Positions 9,470 to 19,802 of a stretch of 64,000 nt of DNA are shown piece by piece. Every line of letters starts with the position of its first letter. Position 1 is the stretch's first letter. Below the pieces are notes generated by a model. That model saw only the letters and a program-made list of their open reading frames with translations, was not told where the DNA came from and searched no databases. The DNA is from Desulfomonilia bacterium (lineage in GTDB: Bacteria; Desulfobacterota; Desulfomonilia; UBA1062): contig JBEKDT010000016.1 in assembly GCA_050014195.1 (NCBI GenBank), positions 55,023-119,022 on the forward strand, read 5' to 3'. Both the position numbers and the translations under genes were made by a program.

Positions 9470-9952
9470 TCAAACTGTCGTACTTATGCTTGTCGTACTT
9501 ATGCTGCTGGTGGTGGTACCATCGGTTGTACTAGTGCTCCCATCACTTCCCGTGCTTGCCGTAGCGTTCTGAGAGTAATGGTGGTGATGGTGGTGATGAT
9601 GTACTTGCCCTGCATTCTGTGTATTCTGCGTATTCTGTATATCCTGCTGCAGAGAAGTGAATGCCTGCTGGGCCGCTGTCAGGTCACCTGAAGCGAGTGC
9701 ACTTGCAAGGCTGTTGTAATCGGTTAGAATAGGATTATTCTGATTGGACAGCTGCCCAGTACCGCCAACTTGGCTGACGCTTTGGGTATTAGAACCTTGG
9801 AATGCTGTTAAAGCCTGCTGGGCTCCTGTCAGATTACCTGACTGGATGGCAGTTATCATATCCTGAAAATCCTGCTGCTGTTGTTTCCAGTTGCTCTGCA
9901 TAACGTTCTGATAAGAATTACTTCCTGATGAAATCCCTGATACTGTCGACAT
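9470..9952 (-). CDS. Gln/Ser/Thr-rich hypothetical protein with duplicated SG(N/D)LTxAQQA motif and His8 tract
   Basis: RBS GGGAGG; internal repeat AIQSGNLTGAQQAL / ALASGDLTAAQQAF; HHHHHHHH. Confidence 0.75.
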   Translation of the reverse strand: MSTVSGISSGSNSYQNVMQSNWKQQQQDFQDMITAIQSGNLTGAQQALTAFQGSNTQSVSQVGGTGQLSNQNNPILTDYNSLASALASGDLTAAQQAFTSLQQDIQNTQNTQNAGQVHHHHHHHHYSQNATASTGSDGSTSTTDGTTTSSISTTSISTTV

Positions 9953-10083
9953 AACGCCCTCCCTACGGGTTTTTTATTGATCGGCAAATTTTTCCTACCT
10001 TCCTGTATCAAAATGTGCCGGTCCTCCCATTGATTGGCTTATCCAGACAATTGCCGCTGCTTTTATCCATTACATATGCAGAT

Positions 10084-10099
10084 TGCATTTTCTATTCCA
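10084..10099 (-). promoter_or_regulatory. Candidate sigma-54 (-24/-12) promoter TGGAAT-AGAAA-ATGCA
   Basis: GG-N10-GC spacing about 130 bp upstream of ATG 9952; imperfect match to TGGCAC-N5-TTGC. Confidence 0.35.
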
Positions 10100-10249
10100 T
10101 CCTGTTTCTTTCATTGGGTTCTGTCCAGGAACATGGACTATTATGAAAAGCTGGTTATATTTTTTATATGGGTCTCTTGCTATTCCCGCATTCCCTCTAA
10201 ATTTTCTCTTTTGAAACTCAATCGGGTGGCAGCCGATGGGGGGGATAAT

Positions 10250-11206
10250 TTAGTCTCTGTGCCTTTCTTCCATCCCGCCTCTACCGCCGCCGCCCGAGGG
10301 CGGTCTGATCTTACCACCGCCATGAGGGGTCGGGTTGCCCTTTCTGCTTCCCCTAGAAGACGGGGTGGTAATCTTATTCTTTGACATCTTCTGTGTACGG
10401 GTCCCGTTAAAAATGGTTCTTTCGCTTTTCTGAACACCCGTAGAGATAAAGTTTCCACCATGAGGAGCACCTATGCCGGCAAAGGTGCTTCCATGGAATC
10501 TCGACACTGCATCGACACGAAAAACCCTATGCTCTCTAACGTCATTGAAATGATTAGATATGAATACCGTCCTATTATTCACATATACGATCCTGTGGAA
10601 ATCTTGGAGGATGAAAAACCCGGCAAACCAGAAATCGGACCACCAGAACGGACAGGGAACCCATGAGTACATGTAATCATAGTCAGGAGGTGGTGCGTAG
10701 TATGTCACTACCGGCGGGCCTTGGTTGGAATAATAGTTGTTTATCACTGTTTGATCGGGTGATTGCCCGGGACCCGATGGGCGGGGTTGATTGGAGGCAT
10801 AAGGCCTTATGGATAAATTGAGGTCCGCTACTGTGTCTTGGAATATATGCAGGGCCTCATCTCTTTCGTCGGGTAGCCTTTGGGCAATTGCGGCATCACT
10901 CACTGATCTTTGTAACTCGGTGATGATGTCGGGGGTAACCGGGTAATCGGCGATCCACCCATTCCGCGGTGCGATACCGACCTCACCGAGCCGGCTCTCG
11001 GCTTCAACTTCATCCTGGGTTGATCCGAGGCCCAATGCGGTATCCAGCTTGATCGCAAAGTCTCCTTCACGGACCAGCTGCTGTGCTAACGGAGGCGAGG
11101 CCTGTCCGGCCTGCTCTGATTGTGCATGAATCATTGCCGGCATCAGAAACAAAAGACACAGACTGACAATACATGATCCCTTACACCTGAAAGGCACCCG
11201 TTTCAT
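10250..11206 (-). CDS. Exported hypothetical protein
   Basis: Signal peptide (IHA-Q), Pro/Tyr/Trp-rich middle, Gly/Arg-rich tail; RBS AAGGAG. Confidence 0.75.
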   Translation of the reverse strand: MKRVPFRCKGSCIVSLCLLFLMPAMIHAQSEQAGQASPPLAQQLVREGDFAIKLDTALGLGSTQDEVEAESRLGEVGIAPRNGWIADYPVTPDIITELQRSVSDAAIAQRLPDERDEALHIFQDTVADLNLSIRPYASNQPRPSGPGQSPDQTVINNYYSNQGPPVVTYYAPPPDYDYMYSWVPCPFWWSDFWFAGFFILQDFHRIVYVNNRTVFISNHFNDVREHRVFRVDAVSRFHGSTFAGIGAPHGGNFISTGVQKSERTIFNGTRTQKMSKNKITTPSSRGSRKGNPTPHGGGKIRPPSGGGGRGGMEERHRD

Positions 11207-11329
11207 TGAACTTCTCCTTTCATCTTTCGCTCTCCATATATACTAAAGATGGGCTCTGAAAATTCCAGCACCCGTGATCAGGAGATACATTTAATATTGT
11301 TCATGGCAACTGCTGATATTCAATTAGCA

Positions 11330-12649
11330 TTAAGAATTTCCGATCCTCCCCTCGTGAGATTTTTTAATGGTCTTTTCCATTGAATTAAGCTCGGTGACCA
11401 CGTCTTTGGGAAGCTGATCCTTGGCCTTAAGCGCCTGATCAATATGATATAAACCTGCTCGGTATTCCCCGGTCTTAAAGAAGTATCTTGCATAGGAAAC
11501 ATGGGCCAAAGCAGGCTTTGTTGTCTTATCATACAGACCCCCGAGGGTGTAATCCACACGCGGATCCTGAGATTGGTAAGGTAATAATATATCTATGGCT
11601 TCCTTGTACTCCCCCCTCTCTTGGTAAATATCTGCCAGGGCCATCTTGGTGCGGGCCGAGTTGGCGTAGGTTTTCAAAAGGGGGTAGGCCTCTGTTTTTC
11701 TCCCGAGAGAATAGAGGTCAAGACCCCTGTATGCGTTGGCAATGGGCAGGTCTATATTTGAGAGCAAGGCAATGGCCTGTGAGCTGTTACCAAGTCTTGT
11801 GTGTAAAAGGCCTAAAGCGAGCGATTTGTAAGGCTCGGGCATCTGTGTCACACGGATATTGACCTCGCCTTCCGACAGCATCAACCCGATGACACTTGCC
11901 TCAAGTATCCAGTAATTCTTGTCTGGTTTAGGATTACCTGGATCAACTTTCAGAATCGCAATTCGGTTTTCCGTAAATGGATGGGTCAGAAGGTATTCCG
12001 GCATGCTCGATGATCCATTAATAGTTTGGAGCCTGATGAGAAATCTCGCCATTGCCCCAGGATCGAGTCCTGAAGCACTTAAGGTCTCTTTTCCGAAGTT
12101 GTCTGCTGCATATTCATGCTCTCTGGAGTGGGCAAGCATGATGTTCTGGCTGCCTCCAACTGCTGAGGACATCACGGCTGCACCGGCCTCGGGGTTTTTT
12201 GTCGCAAGCAGGCCTCCCGCAATTATTCCCAGAATCGTGGCAATAGAGAGTGGTTTTTGAAATTGAGAATCTTGAGGTATATGCCTCATTTGAGCATGGC
12301 CCATCTCATGGCCAAGGACTGCTGATATTTCATCCATATCCTTTGCAACGAGAAAGATGCCAAGCTGTATGAAGATGTTACCGTCAGGGATTGTGAAGGC
12401 ATTTACTTCAGTATCCTTGATGACATGTATCTTGAAAGAATATAACGGGTCCTTAACATGATCGGCCAAGCGGTCTACAAGCATCTGAACCGGCCTGACG
12501 ATCTCCTCGTCGTGAACAAGGAGATTGTTATCCTCCATCATTTTGACAAACTCATTCGCACTCTTAGTTTCCTCTGCATATGTCATGGCCATGACAGATT
12601 GAACTGGCAGTACCATAAGCACCAGGAGAACAATCATAATCTTTTTCAT
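11330..12649 (-). CDS. M48 family metalloprotease with TPR region (BepA/YfgC-like)
   Basis: Signal peptide; VNAF, HEMGH zinc motif, SREHEYAAD, PEYLLTHP; helical C-terminus. Confidence 0.88.
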   Translation of the reverse strand: MKKIMIVLLVLMVLPVQSVMAMTYAEETKSANEFVKMMEDNNLLVHDEEIVRPVQMLVDRLADHVKDPLYSFKIHVIKDTEVNAFTIPDGNIFIQLGIFLVAKDMDEISAVLGHEMGHAQMRHIPQDSQFQKPLSIATILGIIAGGLLATKNPEAGAAVMSSAVGGSQNIMLAHSREHEYAADNFGKETLSASGLDPGAMARFLIRLQTINGSSSMPEYLLTHPFTENRIAILKVDPGNPKPDKNYWILEASVIGLMLSEGEVNIRVTQMPEPYKSLALGLLHTRLGNSSQAIALLSNIDLPIANAYRGLDLYSLGRKTEAYPLLKTYANSARTKMALADIYQERGEYKEAIDILLPYQSQDPRVDYTLGGLYDKTTKPALAHVSYARYFFKTGEYRAGLYHIDQALKAKDQLPKDVVTELNSMEKTIKKSHEGRIGNS

Positions 12650-12761
12650 GGCAATATCATGTACCTTCCACAGTCAAATGAGCTTCATCAGAGCCCTGGC
12701 TTCTTGAAGCCGTGTAATTCGCCCACCGTTCCTCTTCAGTGTCATTTCCTTTGAGCATTAT

Positions 12762-12789
12762 GACGTCCCGTTTGAGAGTTTAGTCTACA
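12762..12789 (-). promoter_or_regulatory. Putative ECF sigma promoter TGTAGAC-N17-CGTC (copy 3)
   Basis: Motif match about 110 bp upstream of the BepA-like gene. Confidence 0.7.
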
Positions 12790-13019
12790 TGACTGCTATT
12801 AACGGAAACGAGAGCATAGAAGAGCACTGTTTTATTTCTATAGTTCGATAATCACAACCAGGCAAGGCCTTTACAAAGATTTACACTCTTCCTGTAAACA
12901 ATGGGGCGGCACAGACGTCTAACTAAGCAATATAAACGAAACGTGATTGTTTACTTTACTATTACCTTAGACCCCCTTGACCAGCCGCGCAAATCAGGTA
13001 TAGAGTCCTTCACTAAACT

Positions 13020-13958
13020 ATGATCCTGGAAAAGCTCACGGCACAAGGCATCCGCATCACCAGCGTCACGGACTCTCTCCATGTGATCCACGGGAACAAC
13101 CGCGGACGGTCGCCCTTCTGTAATGCCTTCCTGGTCCTTGACACCGTGAATTGCCTTTTCGATACGGGGTGTGGGCTGGACATCATTGAGAAGCTCTGCT
13201 CGGAGGTACGGATAGACCGGGTATTTGTTTCGCACTCCCACCTGGACCATACCTCTGGATGCTGGATGATCGATAAGACCTCGGGGTCCGAGATCATGGT
13301 TCCCGAAGAGGACAGCGACACCATAGCGACAGCAGAGCTCCTGGCATTACGTTTTGTGGGTGAGCAGCTCTTCACAACCTGGATGGAGACCTACCCAGGG
13401 CTCACCGGGTTCAGGGACTTCACCATCACCTCCACCTTCAGCCATGAATATGAATTCTCCACCGGCTCCTTGAGCTTCGTGGCCCTGTACACCCCGGGGC
13501 ACTTGAATGATCACTATTGCTTCTGGGTGCCGGATAAGAAGATCCTTCTGGGGTTTGACATTGACCTGAGCCCCTTCGGGCCGTGGTACGGCAACCCGGA
13601 GTGCGACATAGCGTTGTTCAAGAATTCAATCGCAGGGATCATGGAATTGCCCTCAGAGGTCTACCTCTCGTCCCATGCACGGCCCATCAAGAACCCGTAC
13701 ATCAAGAAGAGGCTCCATGCCTTCAGAGCATTCTTTGATGAGCGAGACCGGCAGATCCTGGACCTCCTTTCGCAATCGCCTCTCATGGGCATAGAGGATC
13801 TCGTGAGGCTCTCACCCTTCTACGATGCGGACCATGCCTCGCTCTCGGACGAACTCCTCTGGTTCGGCGAGGAGCAGATGATCCGGAAGCATCTGGATGG
13901 TCTGATGGATAAGGGATTGGTTGTCCGTGAGGGAGAGTTCTACCGGGTCAGTCGCTAA
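13020..13958 (+). CDS. MBL-fold metallo-hydrolase
   Basis: SHSHLDH, TPGH, DTG motifs; C-terminal winged-helix-like tail. Confidence 0.88.
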   Translation: MILEKLTAQGIRITSVTDSLHVIHGNNRGRSPFCNAFLVLDTVNCLFDTGCGLDIIEKLCSEVRIDRVFVSHSHLDHTSGCWMIDKTSGSEIMVPEEDSDTIATAELLALRFVGEQLFTTWMETYPGLTGFRDFTITSTFSHEYEFSTGSLSFVALYTPGHLNDHYCFWVPDKKILLGFDIDLSPFGPWYGNPECDIALFKNSIAGIMELPSEVYLSSHARPIKNPYIKKRLHAFRAFFDERDRQILDLLSQSPLMGIEDLVRLSPFYDADHASLSDELLWFGEEQMIRKHLDGLMDKGLVVREGEFYRVSR

Positions 13959-14016
13959 AAAAGATTCATCATAGTAAAGCATACCCGGATCATTGAGGAT
14001 CATGCAGAGGGATACT

Positions 14017-14414
14017 TTACCACGAAGAGCTTAGCGCAGCATAGCCGCAACCAAAATGGAGCATGGGGTTTGAGCAGACATAGGAGTACTTCACCACGAA
14101 GAGCACGAAGAACACAAAGAAAGAAATCTTTTTGAAATCGCTGAACCGGTTCAATGGATCCAAAAGTGTTTGTTCTGGTTTTTAGATCTTTTTCGTGCTC
14201 TTCGAGTTCTTCGTGGTGAGAAAAGAATTAGGATGCGAACCATCATACTGGATGGGTCAAAATGATGCACAAAAAACAAGAAAATGATGGATAGTAGTAC
14301 GAAGGACACGAAGAAAGGAATCCTTTTGAAATTGCGAACAGGTTCAAAGGATCCAAGAGTTTTTGTTCTGCATTTTTTAGGTCTTCTTCGTGCTCTTCGT
14401 GACCTTCGTGGTGA
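14017..14414. repeat. Cluster of CACGAAG-periodic inverted-repeat elements (two ~120-130 bp units plus a partial)
   Basis: Unit 1 (14091-14219) has inverted arms TCACCACGAAGAGCACGAAG / CTTCGAGTTCTTCGTGGTGA; unit 2 (~14299-14414) has a homologous core; partial arm at 14017-14030. Confidence 0.85.
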
Positions 14415-14477
14415 AAACAATGTGCCTCAAAATATTTTTAGAACTTCCTAAAAAAATACGCCTCACAGAGAAGAACC

Positions 14478-15569
14478 CTAAAAGATAAACCGCCTCCACG
14501 CCACATTCAGCACGATCCCGATGCAGATGAGGTTTATCATCATGAACGACCCTCCATAACTGATGAAGGGCAGCGGCACACCCACCACCGGGAAGATCCC
14601 GATGGCCATGGATATGTTGATGAACACATGCAGCGTGAAATAGGCGGCAATGCCGAAGCATAAGAGCGCCCCGAACCGGTCCTTGGCCTTGATGCCGACG
14701 GTTATGATCCTGGTGATCAAGAGCAGATAAAGCAATATGAGGATACCGGAACCCAAGAACCCCCACTCCTCGGCCACTACGGAAAAGATAAAATCGGTAT
14801 GATGCTCGGGCAAGAACTTGAGCTGGGTCTGGGTCCCATGGAGGAACCCCTTTCCGATAAGCCCACCCGAGCCGACGGCGATCTTTGATTGTATGGCATG
14901 GTAACCGCTTCCTAAAGGATCGCGTGAGGGATCAAGAAACGTTAACACACGGTTCTTTTGATAGTCCTTGAGTGAAAACCATAAGAAAGGCAATCCGGCA
15001 AGAAACAATCCAGCCAATGTGAGTATCGTGGAGCGTTTGATCCCCAGCATGAGAAACATGGCACAAGCAATGAAAGCGATGATTGCCGCCGTACCGAGAT
15101 CGGGCTCCAGCAAAATGAGCGTCACGGGTATGAAGATGATTATAGCAGGGAAGAAGAGCTCCCTGATGCCGTGGGACAGGATGTGTTTTTTCTTCTCTCC
15201 CCAATACGCCATCCAGATGATCACAAAGACCTTGGCGAACTCTGACGGCTGCATGTGCAGCGGCCCGAAGATGATCCACCGCCTTGCACCGGAAACCTCC
15301 CTTCCGATGACAAACACCAGGAGCAAGCCTAGGACCCCCAGACCGTAGAAAGGCCATGCAGAGTACATGAGCGTCCGGTAATCCACAATAAAGGCGATTG
15401 CCAGAAAGACGATGCCGATGCATATCCCCACCATCTGTCTGAAGAAGATACTGCTGCCGATGCCGAAAGTCGAGCTGTAGACGCAGAGCAGCCCGATAGC
15501 CATGATGCAGACCGTGGTCCAAAGGATACTCCGGTCAAGGTTTTCGGATATCTTGGTGTATCTGCTCAT
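14478..15569 (-). CDS. rodA: Rod shape-determining protein RodA
   Basis: GARRWI, QPSEFAK, PDLGTA, LPEHHTDFIF, LPFISYGGS; follows mrdA. Confidence 0.95.
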   Translation of the reverse strand: MSRYTKISENLDRSILWTTVCIMAIGLLCVYSSTFGIGSSIFFRQMVGICIGIVFLAIAFIVDYRTLMYSAWPFYGLGVLGLLLVFVIGREVSGARRWIIFGPLHMQPSEFAKVFVIIWMAYWGEKKKHILSHGIRELFFPAIIIFIPVTLILLEPDLGTAAIIAFIACAMFLMLGIKRSTILTLAGLFLAGLPFLWFSLKDYQKNRVLTFLDPSRDPLGSGYHAIQSKIAVGSGGLIGKGFLHGTQTQLKFLPEHHTDFIFSVVAEEWGFLGSGILILLYLLLITRIITVGIKAKDRFGALLCFGIAAYFTLHVFINISMAIGIFPVVGVPLPFISYGGSFMMINLICIGIVLNVAWRRFIF

Positions 15570-17367
15570 GCGAGGTCTCTTTCCGGAGGTAATACCCCTT
15601 TATGACATCCTTGACAATGGGTGCACAAGCAGAGCCTCCATGCCCGGCATGCTCCAGCAGTGCCACCACTACAATCTCCGGTTTCTCGACCGGAGAAATC
15701 CCGAAGAACCAGGCATGGTCTCGATACTTGTAGGGGATATCCGATTCATCGGGCCGCTTTGATATATATCCCCTGGCTACCTGGGCCGTGCCCGTCTTCC
15801 CCCCGATGGATAGTTCAGGGTCATAGATGGCGTGACCCGTGCCGTGTGCATCTTCAACCGCCTCCTTGAGACCTTCCTTGATGAGGGCGAGGTGCCGGCT
15901 GGGGATGGCGATATCCCTCTCCAGCACAGGCTCTCCTTCCACAAGGATCTTGGGTGTATAGACCTTGCCGCCGTTGACTATTGCACTCATGGCCTTGGCA
16001 ACCTGAAGGGGGGTGACCAGCGTATATCCCTGGCCGATGGCGGCGATCGCATCCTCACCCGGATGCCAGGGCTGGTGAAACCGTTGCCGTTTCCATTTCT
16101 TAGTCGGCATAAGACCCGGCAACTCATCGGGAAGGGCAATACCGGTCCTGGCACCAAGCCCGAGCTGAAAGCCCGTAGCAGCGATGTTATCGATTCCCAG
16201 CGCCCTTCCCTGCGTGTAGAAATACACATCGCAGGACTGGGCAATGGCGCTTATCAGGTCAAGGCTGCCATGCCCGTGCGACTGCCAGCACCGGAAGGTC
16301 ATATTGCCGACTTTATAAAAACCAGGGCAGAACACCCGCGCATTGGGGTCAAGGATGCCCGTACGCAAGCCTGCCAGGGACACAATAATCTTCATGACCG
16401 ACCCCGGAGGATACGCCCCCCTCATGCATCGGTTCTCCAGGGGGTCCAAGGGATCATCTATGATCTGCTTCCACGCTCCGGGGGTCATGGATGATGCGAA
16501 GATGGCAGGGTCGAAACCTGGGGTGCTCTCCATAACAAGGACCTCGCCTGTGGAGGGGACCATGGCGACCACGGCACCTGCCCTTTCACCGAGGTCCTGT
16601 GATGCTATGGTCTGAAGCCCCTGGTCGATGGTGAGCTTCACGTCCTTGCCCGAGGCAGGTTCCTCCTCACCGAGCACCTTGACCCTGTGCCCCCGTGCAT
16701 CCACTTCAAAGACCCTTTTCCCCTTATCACCCTTCAGTGTATCCTCGTAGATAAGCTCGATCCCACTTTTACCGACAAGATCTCCCGGTGCATAGTCATC
16801 CTCATCGCTCTGCTCTTCAAGCTGCCTTTTGGAGATCTCACCGATGAATCCCAGCACATGACAGCCAAGGGACTGGTAAAGATACTCCCGCTCCGGGATG
16901 GTCTCGATAGAGACACCCGGGAGATTGAACATCTGTGTCTCGATCTTGGCCACCTGTTCAAAGGTGATGTCCCTTGCCACGGTCAGAGGGTCATAGGGTT
17001 TGCTTTTGCCCTGCAGGATTGCCTGCCGGATCTCAGATGGCTGTTTATCCAAAAGCGGCGCAAGGCGTTCGGATATCTCTTTTGGATTTGAGATGTCCTC
17101 AGGCAAAGCCATGACATTGTAGGCGGGCCTATTGTCGGCAAACACTACTCCCGCCCTGTCCAGGATCTTTCCCCGGGCGGCAGGCACCGCAATGATGCGG
17201 ATACGGTTGTTCTCGGAGAGTCCCTCATAATACGAACCCTTGATGATCTGCATGACAAAGAGCCGCATCACCAATATGCCGAGGAGTACAAGAACAAAGA
17301 CGATCAAGTACAACGACTTCTTCTTGAGGTCTTCATCAAGCTGGGGGTTCGTGATGTTAGGCTTCAT
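15535..17367 (-). CDS. mrdA: Penicillin-binding protein 2
   Basis: SVMK (SxxK), SCD, KTGTAQ motifs; within the mre operon. Confidence 0.95.
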   Translation of the reverse strand: MKPNITNPQLDEDLKKKSLYLIVFVLVLLGILVMRLFVMQIIKGSYYEGLSENNRIRIIAVPAARGKILDRAGVVFADNRPAYNVMALPEDISNPKEISERLAPLLDKQPSEIRQAILQGKSKPYDPLTVARDITFEQVAKIETQMFNLPGVSIETIPEREYLYQSLGCHVLGFIGEISKRQLEEQSDEDDYAPGDLVGKSGIELIYEDTLKGDKGKRVFEVDARGHRVKVLGEEEPASGKDVKLTIDQGLQTIASQDLGERAGAVVAMVPSTGEVLVMESTPGFDPAIFASSMTPGAWKQIIDDPLDPLENRCMRGAYPPGSVMKIIVSLAGLRTGILDPNARVFCPGFYKVGNMTFRCWQSHGHGSLDLISAIAQSCDVYFYTQGRALGIDNIAATGFQLGLGARTGIALPDELPGLMPTKKWKRQRFHQPWHPGEDAIAAIGQGYTLVTPLQVAKAMSAIVNGGKVYTPKILVEGEPVLERDIAIPSRHLALIKEGLKEAVEDAHGTGHAIYDPELSIGGKTGTAQVARGYISKRPDESDIPYKYRDHAWFFGISPVEKPEIVVVALLEHAGHGGSACAPIVKDVIKGYYLRKETSHEQIHQDIRKP

Positions 17368-17830
17368 AGGCTTTCTTCAGGCGGTCTACAAGGACAACCA
17401 TCAGGGGACTTATCAGACCGGTGAGCACCGCGCCTGTTGCAAGCGGAATAACTTCGGACCGTGTCAGGTTCAGGTCCAGGGAGACAACCAGCGAACTGGC
17501 AGCAAGTATATAGATAACCATGGCAAGGATGAGCTGGGTATAGACGTTCTCCAGGTATACGATGCCCTTGAGGAGATAGACGATAAGATAGGTACACAGG
17601 TAGATCATGGGAATGAGGCCCGGCCTGGCGCCCGAAAATGCCTGGAGGATGATGGATGCAACGATGACAACGGCGAGTCCTTCAGAAAAGCTCATCTGGA
17701 TAATGATGCCGATGATCATGCCTATAAAGAGATCAATGCGTAATCCGCTCCAAACATCCGGGATTAAAACGGTCTCGATGAATACGGCCAGGAAGATAAT
17801 GCCCAAGAGGCTAATCTGCGTCCGCAGCAT
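17357..17830 (-). CDS. mreD: Rod shape-determining protein MreD
   Basis: Very hydrophobic ~157-aa protein between mreC and mrdA. Confidence 0.75.
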   Translation of the reverse strand: MLRTQISLLGIIFLAVFIETVLIPDVWSGLRIDLFIGMIIGIIIQMSFSEGLAVVIVASIILQAFSGARPGLIPMIYLCTYLIVYLLKGIVYLENVYTQLILAMVIYILAASSLVVSLDLNLTRSEVIPLATGAVLTGLISPLMVVLVDRLKKAYEA

Positions 17831-18631
17831 ATGAGCCCACCCCGAATACACCCTCGATCTTTGACATCTCCACGCACGGGCTCACCATGATCTTGATGAA
17901 GATCTTGTGGGGATCGCGCTTTATCTCGGCGATACGTCCTATCCTTAACCCCTTTGGGAAGATGCCTTCCAGGCCGGAGGTGACAACTATGCTCCCCACC
18001 TGCACCAGTTCGGTGGTGCGCACATATTCCAGGCTGAGCATATTTGTGCCCGTGCCCTTTACGATGCCCTTCACGCGAGTCTCTTCGATAATAGCCGGAA
18101 CTGCGCTGTTGGGGTCCGTGATGAGCAGCACCTGGGAGGTGTGGGGGGATACGGTAAGGGTCCTTCCCAGCATACCCAAGGGCGACACCACGGCCATGTT
18201 TGCTAAAAAGCCGCTGGTACCCCCCCGGTCGATCACGACGGTCTTGAACACGTTCGTGATGTCCTGTGAGAGGAGCCGTGCCGGGATCAGCTTGAAATCC
18301 GGATGTTCGCCTCTAAAGTCCAGCATGATCCTTAACCGTCCATTCTCGCTCTTAAGCTCCTGCATGGTCATACAACGGACCCGAGCCTGCTCAAGGTTCT
18401 TTTTGAGCTCCTTGTTCTCAGAGCGGGTATTCACCAGGGCCACATAGTCGGTCCATAGATCATATGCGAATTGAAACGGCGCCGTAACGACCTTTTCGGC
18501 TATGAAAAAGCCTTCCCGAACAGGATTTAGGCCGAAGGAGAGTGAGCGGTACTGACCCAAAGAGAGCAGGACGATCACGATTGCGAGTGCAACGGCGATC
18601 AGGATAATCTTGGGCGTATTGCCGTGTTCCA

Positions 18632-18632
<1 letters not shown>
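17811..18632 (-). CDS. mreC: Rod shape-determining protein MreC
   Basis: TM, coiled coil ENGRLR, IDRG, VVTSGLEGIFPKGL. Confidence 0.93.
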
Positions 18633-19705
<1,073 letters not shown>

Positions 19706-19802
19706 TCACGCCCTCTTAACAAATGCAACTGTCTTTTACAAGGCCATTAAAAGATCCGCTGCGGTTGCGAAAACCTCCTCTTTATGATAGCAAGACACCT
19801 TG

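Noticed and set aside
9578-9601. His8 tract as an engineered tag
   Set aside because: It is internal to a natural ORF with mixed CAT/CAC codons and no vector context.
14017-14414. Possible CRISPR array
   Set aside because: Repeats are inverted and degenerate, the intervening sequences are homologous rather than unique, and no cas genes are present.
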